From Perkinsela sp. CCAP 1560/9 (taxonomy: Eukaryota > Protista > Euglenozoa: Kinetoplastea), in the NCBI GenBank assembly GCA_965644495.1, contig CBFFSA010000005.1, positions 806,001 through 870,000 of the forward strand: 64,000 nucleotides of DNA. The letters are read 5' to 3'. The position numbers were made by a program, and so were the translations under genes. Shown in pieces: positions 44,345-55,719 of the stretch. The notes below the pieces were generated by a model. It saw nothing but the letters and a program-made list of their open reading frames with translations, ran no database searches and was not told the DNA's origin. How positions within the stretch are numbered: position 1 is the first letter of the stretch; each line of letters opens with the position of its first letter.

Positions 44345-46278
44345 GATCAAAAAACGTGACTGAAGTTATCTCTAAGACGCATAACGGGGAGTTTTTGAAA
44401 GGGGTTCATTGAATCTCGCGCTATAAGATTAAGAATACAGGGGTGAAAACTTCCATCTGGGGAGGGTCTAAATTTTGTAAAAATTGTCTAATTTTGGAGC
44501 ACAATAGCGCATTGGAGAGCTCTCGCAGAGTTGTATGTCTTTGGTGTATTCAGAACGCTCGACTTGAAAGATTTAATCCGATGAGAAAAAAAGATAGTTT
44601 TTTTCTTGTGAAAATATGGCAATTTTTAATTTTTCCCCCATTTTATGCCCCGAAAGCGAGTTTGTTCAAGGACTTCTTCTGGTATTTTGAACGCCCGTTC
44701 CTATGCTTTGGCAGGAATGATTAAAGAACACCAAAGGATGCCTCTTGTGGAAGACTTCGGGAAAACACAGTTTTATTCCCAGACTTACCGAAGTGTTTGG
44801 GTCCACTAGGGAACTGTGAAACTCTGGGTGGAGCGATTCATGTTTTTTTACGATAAACTTCAGACAAAGGACAAAAATAAATTTGAGAATACGTTAAAAA
44901 ACTTTAAAAAACGTTGTAGAATCATCGTAGAAAAGAAGGGTGCATATTGTGGATGCTTCACCGGTTTTAAAATAATGTTTCCTGAAAATATCTGAGAATT
45001 TTAATTTTTTCTTTAAGTGACAATTCGCTTTTTTAGCCTATTCCGTATTTGTAATTCTAATTTGATATGTTAAAAGCTACCAGTGCAAAGACATACAACT
45101 CTGCGAGAGCTCTCCAATGCGCTATTAATTTCAGAAATTGAAAAGTTTTTGCAAATTTTAGACCCCCCCCAGATGGAAGTTTTCACCCCTGTATGTCCAA
45201 AGCATGATAACTCCTTAACGCAAGGGACGGCCAAACGGATTCCATTGCATATCTGTACATTGCTCGTGTCCTCTGTGCCCACAGGTGAAATTCGATCATA
45301 TAGCTCTTTTAGTTCACGCTCTGTGGCAGCTCGCGCAACGTGGTTGACACCACATCCATCTACCATAAGGTAACGTGGCTTCTGAATCGAATCTCCGAGT
45401 CCACTTCGCAACATACTCACGATTGATTTTGCCATCTCCAGTCCGTTGAATGCCTTGTAGCGTTTGTGAGAAATTGGAGGATGAACAAATGACTGATTTC
45501 CTGCGCATAAGACACTAATCAACACATTCTGGTGCTTTATGTTATCGATGCCGCCGTCAACAGCCAAGCCAAAAAAAGATGTATCGGAAACAGTCAGGTA
45601 TATTTTATTCCAAATTTCTGTGGCCAAGCTCTTTTCTGAGCGATGGTAGGTCTTTGGACTAGGAAGACATCTCAGGATATGCTCCGGAGGAGCGTGCGGG
45701 CGTGATTCTTCGTATGACTTAACGAAAAGAGCCTCCGTAGATAAATTAGATTTCGCACCCACACACGGTAATGTTTTCTCGGTAAAGGCATCCGTACCTT
45801 TATTTAAGGCAGTTAGCTGCAGATTAGAGAGCTCCTTTTCTTTCAGAGACTTGCAAGTGGTATTCTTATGAATGTAATAAGTTTGCTTACAGCGACTGTG
45901 AAAAACAGCGCCGCAAGCTCGACACACAACGTGGCGTCTCTGGTTAGCGGCATCTTTTAAAAAGGATGCAGATGCCTGACGATGATCCATTTCCTTAAAG
46001 CACAATTTCGAAGAAGTACTGTTAGTATTCTTGAAATCACACAAGACGTAATAAAAATAACAGGATAAATCTCCAAATTTAAGCGGGTCCTCAACGTTCC
46101 CAGACTGAACTTTCTTCGTATTGTTTGAAATATCAGTGACCTGTCTCATTGTGGTCAAGCTGAATTGGCTTGGTCCATCAGCCACCCGCTGATTAACAGC
46201 ATCACGCAGTTCGTTGCTAATACGACGCGCTGCTCGCTTCCGAGACCTTGTAGTATTATCTGCCTCTTCTGTGGTCAT
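44345..46278 (-). pseudogene. hAT-family transposase interrupted by a MITE and C-terminally truncated
   Basis: BED-like VVCRACG..H; GLAVDGG (D), YLMVDG..VN (D); removing the MITE restores CFGHILNLIARD (CxxHxLNL). Confidence 0.8.
44438..45191. mobile_element. CAGGGG-type TA-MITE (754 bp)
   Basis: TA|CAGGGGTGAAAACTTCCATCTGG ... CCAGATGGAAGTTTTCACCCCTG|TA. Confidence 0.9.
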
Positions 46279-46653
46279 ATCAGGATAGTAACTTGATTAA
46301 TGAACAGTTTAAAGTAACTAACAGTTATGACTTTGATTAAAAGTATACGAGCGTGGGAAAAAGTATGGGGAATAGTAAGAAGTTGGATAAAAGGTACGAA
46401 CGCCCTTACGTAGGTCCCAGAGGCACAATAACATCGTATTTTGCACCACAAGAAAGCAGAAACTCTGTATTAGTAGCGAAAAAAGCCCCCTGTATCACTT
46501 AGAACACAATTAGATAGGATAACGTAAGACTTTTTAGAAGTCACTCTGTAGACTAAAATATGTGGTAATAGGAGGTAATAGGAGGTAATTACCTCCTATT
46601 ACCGTCCAGAGTATGTAATATACGATAATAACAAAAATTTATAAGCCATAATA

Positions 46654-47002
46654 CTGTACCCCCCTACTTATCTGTCACTGCTTTTCGCGAAAAGGTGACA
46701 GATAACTAGGGGGTAGGGGTGCGACAGATAACTAGGGAGGGGGTCTGTCACAAAAAAAAGTCAAAACATGGAATTACAGAAACGGTTTATAATAGCACCA
46801 CGCACGACCATTCGCTTGGAACATAAAAGGAAAAAAATGTAAGTTTCATTTATGATTTTTTCGGAAAAAAGTATTTTACCTATTTTTAAAAGGTGACACA
46901 TAACTAGGGGGGGGGGTAGTCGACGAAAAAATAATTCGAAGTGCCAAAAAGTGACAGATAACTAGGGAGGTGACGTGTGACAGATAACTAGGGGGGGCAC
47001 AG
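46654..47002. mobile_element. CTGT-type TA-MITE
   Basis: TA|CTGTACCCCCCTACTTATCTGTC ... GACAGATAACTAGGGGGGGCACAG|TA; internal GACAGATAACTAGGG repeats; relatives near 34550-34950 and 43713. Confidence 0.78.
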
Positions 47003-47222
47003 TATATGATATGACAAAAGGGGGGGTTCGTCTATTATTAACAACCATCTATTATTAACAATGGTAAACCGGGGGGCGGATTATTATTACAGTGTAATAG
47101 GCTTATTACATTGTAATAGGCCGAAATGTAATAATAATCCGAAACAGTAATAATAACCCAAAAGGTAACAATAATCCGAAATGTAACATTAATCCGTCCC
47201 CCGGTTTATTATTTCATCTATT

Positions 47223-48151
47223 ATTGCGGTGGTTGTAAAACTACCGCTCTACACTCGATTATTGAAAAAAAAGTGAACAAAAACAGTGAAAATATAAAGA
47301 GGAACACAGTAATATAATAGAAGAAAAAAATATAAAAGGGGGCTCCGGTGGTCCAAAACTGAAAAAAAATTTTGAAAAAAATGGGGGGTCCATGGGGGGG
47401 GTCCATGGGGGGGGTCCAGGGGGGGGGTCCAGGGGGGGGGTCCAGGGGGGGGGGGCATGGTCGAGCAAATTTTTTCGAAAAAATTAGTTTTCGAAAAAAA
47501 ACCGCAGAAGGGGTAGCCGGGGTCTTGGCGCGCATTTTCCACCCCCCTACCCGGGGGTGACCCCCCCGCGTATCCGCAGGACGGGTCCGCCAAGTTCGGA
47601 TTTTTTCGGAAAAAATTTTTTGAAAAAAAATTCAACTTGGCGAAAAAAATGACAAAAAAAATATTTTTCCAAAATCGTTTCCCCTATTGTATTTTGATAG
47701 TTTGGGACCTACACTAGCTTTCTCCGCAGTTGTTTTCGCAAGGTATCACTTCTTCGAACTGTGGTGCGCCCCCCAAAATGACCCTTTTTTGACTAAAAAA
47801 GGTGAAAAAGTATTTTTCGGACCTAAAGGGGCATTTTTGTGTCGAAAGAATGGTATGGTTGGAGTCGCATTCTCTACCCAATACGTTCGGTAGGCTTTCA
47901 TTCATGCCTACGAGTGATTTCCCACGCGCAAATGTCGGATTTAGTGCTCTGAGAGCAAAAATATGCGAAAATGACCCCATTTGTACCCGAAATTCGGCTA
48001 TTTTTGGCTATAATCTTTCCGTTTTCCAGGCTAAATTTTCTTTTTTAGGCTCTTCGTTAAACGCGGCGGTAGTTTTCAACGCGAAGCGCGCAGCATGAGT
48101 GACTTCTAATTTGAAAGCAACCACCGCGTTTAACGAAGAGCCTAAAAAAGA
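47223..48151 (-). mobile_element. Family A full-length copy
   Basis: Both termini present; expanded G-run tandem tract at 47383-47460. Confidence 0.85.
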
Positions 48152-48351
48152 AACTTCGGCCTGGACAGCTAATTAACATTCATCTATTATTAACGAGAAT
48201 TTATTTCCTTCACTTTTTGCAGCTTCCCTAGAGGAAAAGGCGCTAAAACCAACTTTCATGGAGCTTTTTTTTCGTAAAAGTGGGGTTATTCGTGGGGACA
48301 AGGGTAGGAAACAAGCCTAAAACAAGCCTAAAAGGTCGATTTTTAATAATA

Positions 48352-49267
48352 AACCACCGTCCGGGTTATTATACCTAGGAGGTATAATAAGTGTCCCTAG
48401 GTATAATAAGTGTCCCTAGGTATAATAACTTTGCTTTGCAAAAAGGATAAAAAAAATTTCGCGCCGCTTCGCGGCGCGTTCTTCTTCACATTGCCCACAA
48501 CAAGTTATGATCCATTTGTATGTTTCCCTCTCGCGCCTAAGGAAACGTGTGCGAGTGGGGGGGTAAGATTGTTTTCTGGGGGGTCAGGGGTAAAAGAATA
48601 TGAAATGCCACGAATACATGTATTTTCGTGGTTACTATACCCCAACTGATCAAAATTCTTGACAATGGATGTAATGCAAACAGATAGTGGCAGACGGTGA
48701 CAGATGGTGGCAGACAAAACCATACACTTCTGCAGTACATCCAATGTCAATCTGATTTCTTGGTAAGTTTCCCTCATCAAACGCAACATTGAAATTTACG
48801 CGCAGTGAGTGGAAAAGATTGCTGCGACAACAAAGAGCATGCACCAGCATGCTTTTACGTGTCCAGGAGATGAATTAACCCTTTCGGAGTGTTTATGTTT
48901 GGGCGATCGTCCGTAATCCCGTCTTTGTGGCATAAATCAGGGGGGGATCAGAAAAATTGTAAAAAATGCAAGATTTTGTCTTCCAAAAAACAATGTGATC
49001 TATGTGCATTCGAAAATCCAAACGCAGATTACGTGCCTGCACGTTCATGAGCCCTGTTCGAGTGCTCTCGAATGCGCTATAACTTTCCAAAATTGAACAA
49101 GTTTTACAAATTTTAGTCTCCTCCCACATCAAAGTTTACTGTCCTGTAAGTTCTGCACCCGCCTCTGAAGGTAGGGGGGGGGGAGGTATAATAAGGACCC
49201 TAGGGACACTTATTATACCTAGGAGGTACAATAGGTGTCCCTAGGTATAATAACCCGGACGGTGGTT
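48352..49267. mobile_element. AACC-type TA-flanked TIR element
   Basis: TA|AACCACCGTCCGGGTTATTATACCTAGG ... CCTAGGTATAATAACCCGGACGGTGGTT|TA. Confidence 0.8.
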
Positions 49268-50339
49268 TAGATGAAAAGTTCATCTATTATTGAAAAAGGG
49301 GGTATTATTTCATCTATTATTAACAAACCGTCTATTATTATCAAAAAAGTTTGCTAATAATAGACGAACCCCCCCTTTACGTAGTTTACTTTTTGCGATT
49401 CATCGAAAACGACTGGATACTTAATTTTATTTAGTTTTTGATCCATGCTGTGGTTTCTTAGGAACATATCCCACATCGTATGTGTTCTTTGAGCCAATCC
49501 CTCCGTTCATCAATCGGTTTGACTAAACCACACCCTTTGCTACACCAACAAAAAGATGAGTCATCGATATTTTGTAAATGCACATTCATTTCACTATTAA
49601 AGTCGTATTGGGGTTCTGATGCAAGCAAACCGTACACTGCAACAGATACAATCTGAACGGCATCCTTTACCCACGTAATATCGCGGTCCGTTCCATGAAA
49701 AAAACGAAATTTATCGAAATGAGTGAAACAACGCTCGATTCTTGAATAGAATACATACGGTTGAACCGATCCTGGTGTTCATCAAGGCAACCTTTGCGTG
49801 GTGCCTTGAATGGAACAAAACAGTGATTGCAACTCACTTATCCTAGATCCGCCAAAAATATTTCATCTTCATGACTGTCAAAAAGAAATGTTCCGTGCGT
49901 GGTTCTTTCTTTATAAATTCTCGCATCATGTACACTGCCCGGAACGGGTCCGCGAAAAAAATAGGGACTCCGGCAAGCATAAGCCAGAACTCCACTTTAA
50001 AACATGTATTATTCCCAGGGAATAATAAATTAAATAATAATAAAATAACAGGGAATAATAAAACATGGGAGCGGAACCTCATAGTCATGGACAGTCACTT
50101 ACGACGCTACTTTGACATTGGCACAGCGGAACGAACGGTGAAACGCTACCACCAGGCCGAGCACCGAAAGAATGATCAGATAGAATGATCTGTATTGTCG
50201 TTGTTGGCCTGGGTCCGGATGTCTGCTCGTGTCGGTGCGATGTGTAAAACTTAACTGGATTACCGGTCGAACAGAAAATTTGTTCCACTTTTATTTGGCC
50301 CCAACACGGCTATGAGCACTCGAAAAAGGGGAAGATGAT

Positions 50340-50711
50340 GTGCGGCCTATCGCTGCGGGGGAAACCCTTAGACGCCTGGTGAGCAAGGCAGTGTGTCTTT
50401 CGATGAAAGAAAAAGCGGGATCCTTCTTTGGACGCCGTCAATACGGGGTCGCAGCGTCTGCTGGGGCGGAAAGAGTGATACACCTTTGTCGCCGTCTAAT
50501 GAGGAATAATGAGGAAAATAAGAACATAACGTTCTGTAAGGTGGATCTTCGAAACGCCTTTAATAATGTGAGCCGACCCGTCTTCATCTTCCTCACACGA
50601 AAGCATTTCTCTGCACTATCCCCATGGGCAGAATGGTGCTATGCCAATCACAGCTGTCTCACATTCGGCGATGATTTTATCCCTCCGGCAGAAGGAGTGC
50701 AACAAGGATAA
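50340..50711 (+). pseudogene. CRE-clade non-LTR reverse transcriptase fragment
   Basis: RPIAAGETLRRLVSKA, QYGVA..GAE, KVDLRNAFNNVSR, EGVQQG; truncated before the catalytic DD motif. Confidence 0.85.
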
Positions 50712-51174
50712 TACGTAAATGGACATTCTCCCTCCTGCGTGGACTGAGGCCAAGTTGGGAAAATTCGTGGTCGGCAGTTCGTCGGTGATTCGATAACAGT
50801 GATATTGTCCTCTAAGAACATTTATTTCTCTAAGAACGATTAAAAAATCAATAATTTTTGTGCCAATATTTTTTGTAGAAATTTGTACGTATTGACAAAC
50901 AATAGAAGTTGCTAGTAGAGGGGCGGAAAAACCAAAAATTAGGCCAATAGCTATTTTTTGACGATAAGAAAAGTCGTTTTCTCGCACGAGTGTTTTCTAT
51001 TGCGCACGAGTGGACGAAGGCCAAGAGTGCGCTGTTTGAAATCACGAGTGCAAAAGAAAACGACTTTTCAGAGTCGAAAACATGGCCTTCCTGATATTTT
51101 ATCCGTTTTGAGACATTTTTTTAAGATTTTCTACAGCTTTACATAGGAAAAAGAATACTCAGTAAAGAGCGGAC

Positions 51175-51362
51175 CCATACGTGACGTTGTTAGTGGGAAG
51201 CAATTTGCGAAGCCGTAGGGGGTGGTATGGCGAGGACCCGCTTGAGCGGGCCCGAGCCATACACGGAATTGTCAGTGGGAAACAATTTGCGAAGCCCGGG
51301 GGGGCGGTATGGCGAGGGCCCGCGTGAACGGCGTTATTAGTGGGAAGCAATCTGCGAAGCCC
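51175..51362 (+). repeat. Three to four copies of the family B internal motif
   Basis: AGTGGGAAGCAATTTGCGAAGC ... TATGGCGAGG units as in 32405-32510. Confidence 0.65.
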
Positions 51363-51819
51363 GATGTACACGCACTAAGAGGGTTGAAACAGGTGGGTGC
51401 GTCTGGGTGCGTCCGGGTGCGTCCGGGTGCGGCTGAGTTAGGGGAGGGGTGAATTTTTATGTATTTTTCCTCTTTTATTTTTTCTCAATACCTAGATATT
51501 GGCAAACTCATAATTTCTCATATATTTTTTATAGGGATGTACATAATTTATATTGGTACATTTCATATTTTATCATCTCTTTTATCTTTTTTAGAATCCC
51601 GTTTTATAACGATACTTTTTTCAAACATATTCCATATGGACGATTTGCCCCCCAAGGATAGTGAGGTAGAGTCGTGTTCCTACGGATATGCAGACTCGGA
51701 AAAATTTGATCGATTAAGAAATTGAGTGCAACACACCTTAAAGAAGGGGCCAGGGGGGGCATTCGATGAAAATTCATCGAACGCACGGTGCGTTCGATGA
51801 ATATATAAATTCACGTGAG

Positions 51820-51990
51820 TATATAACCGTGTGCATAACCTCCGGTGCACACCTATGGCCCATCGGGAGGACGTTCATCTCGTACACGTCTCCACTGTTC
51901 GTTCTAAGGCGGAATTTGGGCCGCGCCCTCTTCGGGATACCAATCTGGTAAAACCCGCATGTGAAGTCCCGCTTCACATCCATCAGCTCG
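51820..51990 (-). pseudogene. Short RT fragment of DIRS/TATE/VIPER type
   Basis: DFTCGFYQIGIP...RPKFRL...YEMNVLPMG...PEVMH resembles the D..F.Q / LPMG..P blocks of tyrosine-recombinase retroelement RTs. Confidence 0.55.
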
Positions 51991-52600
51991 TGCGCCTTAT
52001 GAAGATACTTGGAGGGATGATATAATGGGACCTTTGGTTCATATGATTTTAATCTATCGTTATCGCAATGGTACAAAGTCTTGCAGATGAATACAATCCG
52101 GCAAATAAAGAAGATCCCATAAAAAGCGTACGTAAAGCTTGGCGTAAATTGTCTCAAGATTATATTTATGATTGGGTTTTGAGCTTAGATGCTCGCCTCA
52201 AAGCTTGTGTGGCGAGTAACGGAGAAAAGGTGACAAAATGGTAATCCTTCTCTAAAATATACGTATTCGTTTCTTTTTGTTTCATTTCTTCACGCGCAAA
52301 GTCTTTATGTTGAGATCTGCAAAATGCAACAAAAATCAGCCCAAACGGACATTTGGCTGAAAAGTTAAGGGTGGGTGCCTTATTGGTGCGGAGGGGTTTA
52401 TATATTATTGTAGACTTTCGATGAGTGGGCTAGGGGAGACCTTCGATGAGTACTCATCGTAAGTTGTAGACTTTCGATGAGTCTCACGGAAAGTTGTAGA
52501 TTTTCGATGAGTACTCATCGAAGGTGTTTTTGACTTCTTCACTTTTTCGTATTTTACTAAATTTTTGCGAAGGCTCAACTGTGAGCGTAGTCCTGGGACA

Positions 52601-52890
52601 TGATGATGATGATGATGATGATGATTTGGGCCTTTTGACTCCGAAAAGTTATGGCCCCTCAACTCCCCAAACGGGCAGTCCGAATACGTCTTGCGACGTA
52701 TCCGGAGAGCCAGCCATAGCAAGCTATGGCTGACCTCCGCTTGGAGAGGAGTTAGGTTTCCAAATATTATCCTCCTATAAAGGAAGCCAATAATTAACAG
52801 CTCGGATAGGAGGGGTTCGCTACTCCCCTGCGTGGTTTAACAAGTTAATCCACGACCCTGCCTAAATTTGAATTGTTGCGTGGATGCTAC
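52601..52890 (-). mobile_element. Highly structured 3' end of a non-LTR/SINE-like element with (TCA)8 tail
   Basis: Five or more adjacent hairpins; (TGA)8 on the plus strand joined to a Merlin subterminal motif at GGGACA|T. The far boundary is approximate. Confidence 0.6.
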
Positions 52891-53029
52891 CCTAGTTTTT
52901 TGACGTCTTGTTTTACTGACGCCGGGTAGTTCCACAACATGGGAAATGGGTGCGGCAAAGGGGCCGGTGAGAGTGGGCGGGGCGGAGAGCGCAGTAAGGA
53001 GCGCAGAGTGTGGAGAGAGCGATGGGGAG

Positions 53030-53110
53030 AAAGGGAAGGGCGGCGGGAAGGGCGGCGGGAAGGGCGGCGGGAAGGACGGCGGGAAGGACGGCGGGAAGGA
53101 CGGCGGGATG
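53030..53110 (+). repeat. 12-bp tandem repeat GG(G/A)CGGCGGGAA, about 6 copies
   Basis: Read directly from the sequence. Confidence 0.85.
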
Positions 53111-53236
53111 GGGGACGATCATGATGGGGGGCGGCGAGGAGGGAAACCGGAAGGGCGACCCGGAGGGCAGTGCGGGAGGGCGCTTTCCTCTTTCGTCCAG
53201 GAGGGGTTAAAGGGGGGCATGGGGGGTCCGCTCCAC

Positions 53237-55707
53237 GGGCACTTCCGTGAGTTTTTGAGACACTACGATGATTTCTCATCGAACTGCCTACTTGTCACAG
53301 GGTGACTCATCGAAACGTCAATCTTCTCATCGAAGGTGAATTTAATTGTTTTGGAAAGAAAAAAATCGAGAACATGAAAATAAGAAAGCGGCGACACTGA
53401 GAATCTGTGTCTGCCACTTCCGCAGGTTTGTGTATTTGTTTTCCTATACTACGACACCTAGTTTACGTGTCTGGAGGCAAGGCCCAACTTTGAGCGAAGC
53501 CCACTTCTGGAGGCAAAAGCCCCCGTTTGCGAGCAAGGCCCAACTGTGAGCGTAGCCCTGGGACATAATAATATTTTTTGGCGACCCGCACGCTCCAGCG
53601 CGCGGGTCGCGCACTGAGAACCTATGTCTGCCACTTCCGCAGGATTGTGTATTTGTTTTCCTATACTGCGAGACCTAGTTTGCGAGCAAGGCCCAACTGT
53701 GAGCGTGGGTTTATCTGTATCTGTAGTTTGCGAGCAAGGCCCAACTGTGAGCGTACCCCACGTTTTTCCCTTCGAACGGAGTTCTACACCACGTTGTAGC
53801 TCTCGTGATAAAAATTACTAGGCTGTTCTATTTTACTTTGGTTTCGTCCCTTCTTTTTAATGAATAACAGTCAAGCGGGGAGTGCACGCGAAGCTCTTTT
53901 GAATAGTTCTGTGCGTTTCGTAGACAGCGAAATGCGTCGCACTCAAGAACAAGAGGAAGAAGAAGAGTTACCTCGCACTCCAGAGGAATTACGAACTCCT
54001 GGTGCCTGGGCTGACAGACTTATTTTTAGCCCCTTGGTTGGGGCCGAAGCTGCTGCACGTACTTTGCTTCCGTCAGTTCGTGTATGTCCAGGTTGTGCTG
54101 AGTTTTCTTGTGTGCGCGCGTGGCGAAATTTTAATATGATCCCTCAAGGCAAGCGTGCAGAATCCTGGATGAAAAATCACGGTCTGTTGAAAGCACCTTC
54201 TTGTACTGTGCATGGTCCAAGTATGATGCGGGATATACCCGGACGGCCTAACATCCAAATGTGCTGTTTTCATGAATTCCAGCGCAATCCGTGTCGGATG
54301 AAGCGAGGAAAACTTGAACCTTATGTGTCTGGTCGAATGGACATTGACGCGGGAAAGTTGCTTCGAATTTGGGCAGATATTGCCGATAATTTGACAGCGG
54401 GCCAAATTGCGAGAAACCGTTCCATTAGGCACAAGGTGGTGACGAAAATTCTACACGACTTAGGCAATGCAGCACTACACCAAGAAGAAAATGCGGTGTA
54501 CGCATTTTCTCGTCTGCAGCTGGATGAAACCTTCGTGGGAAAACGGAAATACCACCGAGGAAGACGCCCCCGAAACGTGGGACATTGGTTTGTGAGCATA
54601 ACCGAGGTTAAGGGAAGACGAAGGGGTCGGACTCATTGGAAGCTCGTTAAGCGACGAGACCACGAAACTTTGAAAAATTTCATACTTCCGCACTTGGAGA
54701 GTGCGCGGTCTTTGGTCGTGACTGATGCTTGGCGTGGATACTTGGGGATGGAGGAGTTCTGTCGGCACTTCGCCGTGAACCATTCGAGAGAGTTCGTTGA
54801 ACTCCATGGCTATCATACGAACCATGCGGAGTGTGTGCACCGAATTATAAAAGACTGGACCAAGCGCCAGCACTATAATTTCGGTGCATCAGCTCAAGAC
54901 CTCAAGCGCAATATTGCTCTCCAATGCGTTAAATTCGGGAGCGTACACAATGATCCAGAGCGAGCTTGGCAAATTCGTTTTCGAAACATGTTGAACTGCG
55001 TTCTGGAACATTATGGAAAGGATCCTTTCTTCTATGAAGAGAGTGAAAGTGAGAATGAACCAGAAAACGTCGAGACGAACGTTGATAATTAGACTACTCA
55101 TGTGAAAATTTTGTTTTATGATGAGAAAATATAGCGCGCAAATTTTTGTAATTGTTCTGCGAAGCAACGGCTTAGGTGTTATTATAAATCTAAATCTATA
55201 ATTCTATTTTCTGTACATACTTCTTTTCATGGCCACTGTAAAGTGGCCATAGGTCAGGGGCATTGCATACAATGCAGGGGCCTAGCGACCCCCGCCTTCC
55301 GGGCTTTTCCATCCACAGCAACGGTTTTTTGTACATATTTTTTTGTCTCGTATCTGAGTTTTCTGTGGTTTTCTTAGTGTCGTGCGAATCCTAGGATTTC
55401 TTTGTCCAGGTAATTTCTTAATTAACTCACGCGCGCTTCCATTGTTTCATATGGTATCAAGCTCTTTAAATCAATGGAAAATCGTATTTCTAAGAAGAGT
55501 CACGGGCATTATTTTGCTTTCACGTTTCTACAATTTATTTTCGCAACGTTTTCTTTAACTTTCATGACTGCACCAGCGTTTGCTCCCGAGTCGAAAATGC
55601 AGCTACCACCTCAAAAGTAATTAAAATCACCTTCGATGAGTTTCTTTCGTTTCGATGATTTTCGTTTTGACACGTGGGCGTTTCGATGAGTACTCACGGA
55701 AGTGTCC
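53237..55707 (+). mobile_element. Merlin (IS1595/IS1016-like) DNA transposon
   Basis: TIR GG(G/A)CACTTCCGTGAGT at both ends; CTCATCGAA subterminal repeats inverted at the two ends; no TSD seen. Confidence 0.75.
53860..55092 (+). CDS. Merlin/IS1595-family transposase, intact ORF
   Basis: QLDETFVGKRKYHRGR, VVTDAWRGY, AVNHSREFV, HTNHAE. Confidence 0.93.
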   Translation: MNNSQAGSAREALLNSSVRFVDSEMRRTQEQEEEEELPRTPEELRTPGAWADRLIFSPLVGAEAAARTLLPSVRVCPGCAEFSCVRAWRNFNMIPQGKRAESWMKNHGLLKAPSCTVHGPSMMRDIPGRPNIQMCCFHEFQRNPCRMKRGKLEPYVSGRMDIDAGKLLRIWADIADNLTAGQIARNRSIRHKVVTKILHDLGNAALHQEENAVYAFSRLQLDETFVGKRKYHRGRRPRNVGHWFVSITEVKGRRRGRTHWKLVKRRDHETLKNFILPHLESARSLVVTDAWRGYLGMEEFCRHFAVNHSREFVELHGYHTNHAECVHRIIKDWTKRQHYNFGASAQDLKRNIALQCVKFGSVHNDPERAWQIRFRNMLNCVLEHYGKDPFFYEESESENEPENVETNVDN

Positions 55708-55719
55708 TCGTACCCTTTT

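Larger units (their letters stand above)
47020..49375. mobile_element. GGGGGTTCGTCTATTA TIR element with nested insertions
   Basis: Inverted termini; interior homologous to 30870-31030 (inverted). Confidence 0.65.

Noticed and set aside
52831-52848. 18-bp identity CGTGGTTTAACAAGTTAA with 59421-59438
   Set aside because: No extension either side, and partly in frame with the RT ORF; cannot be distinguished from chance.
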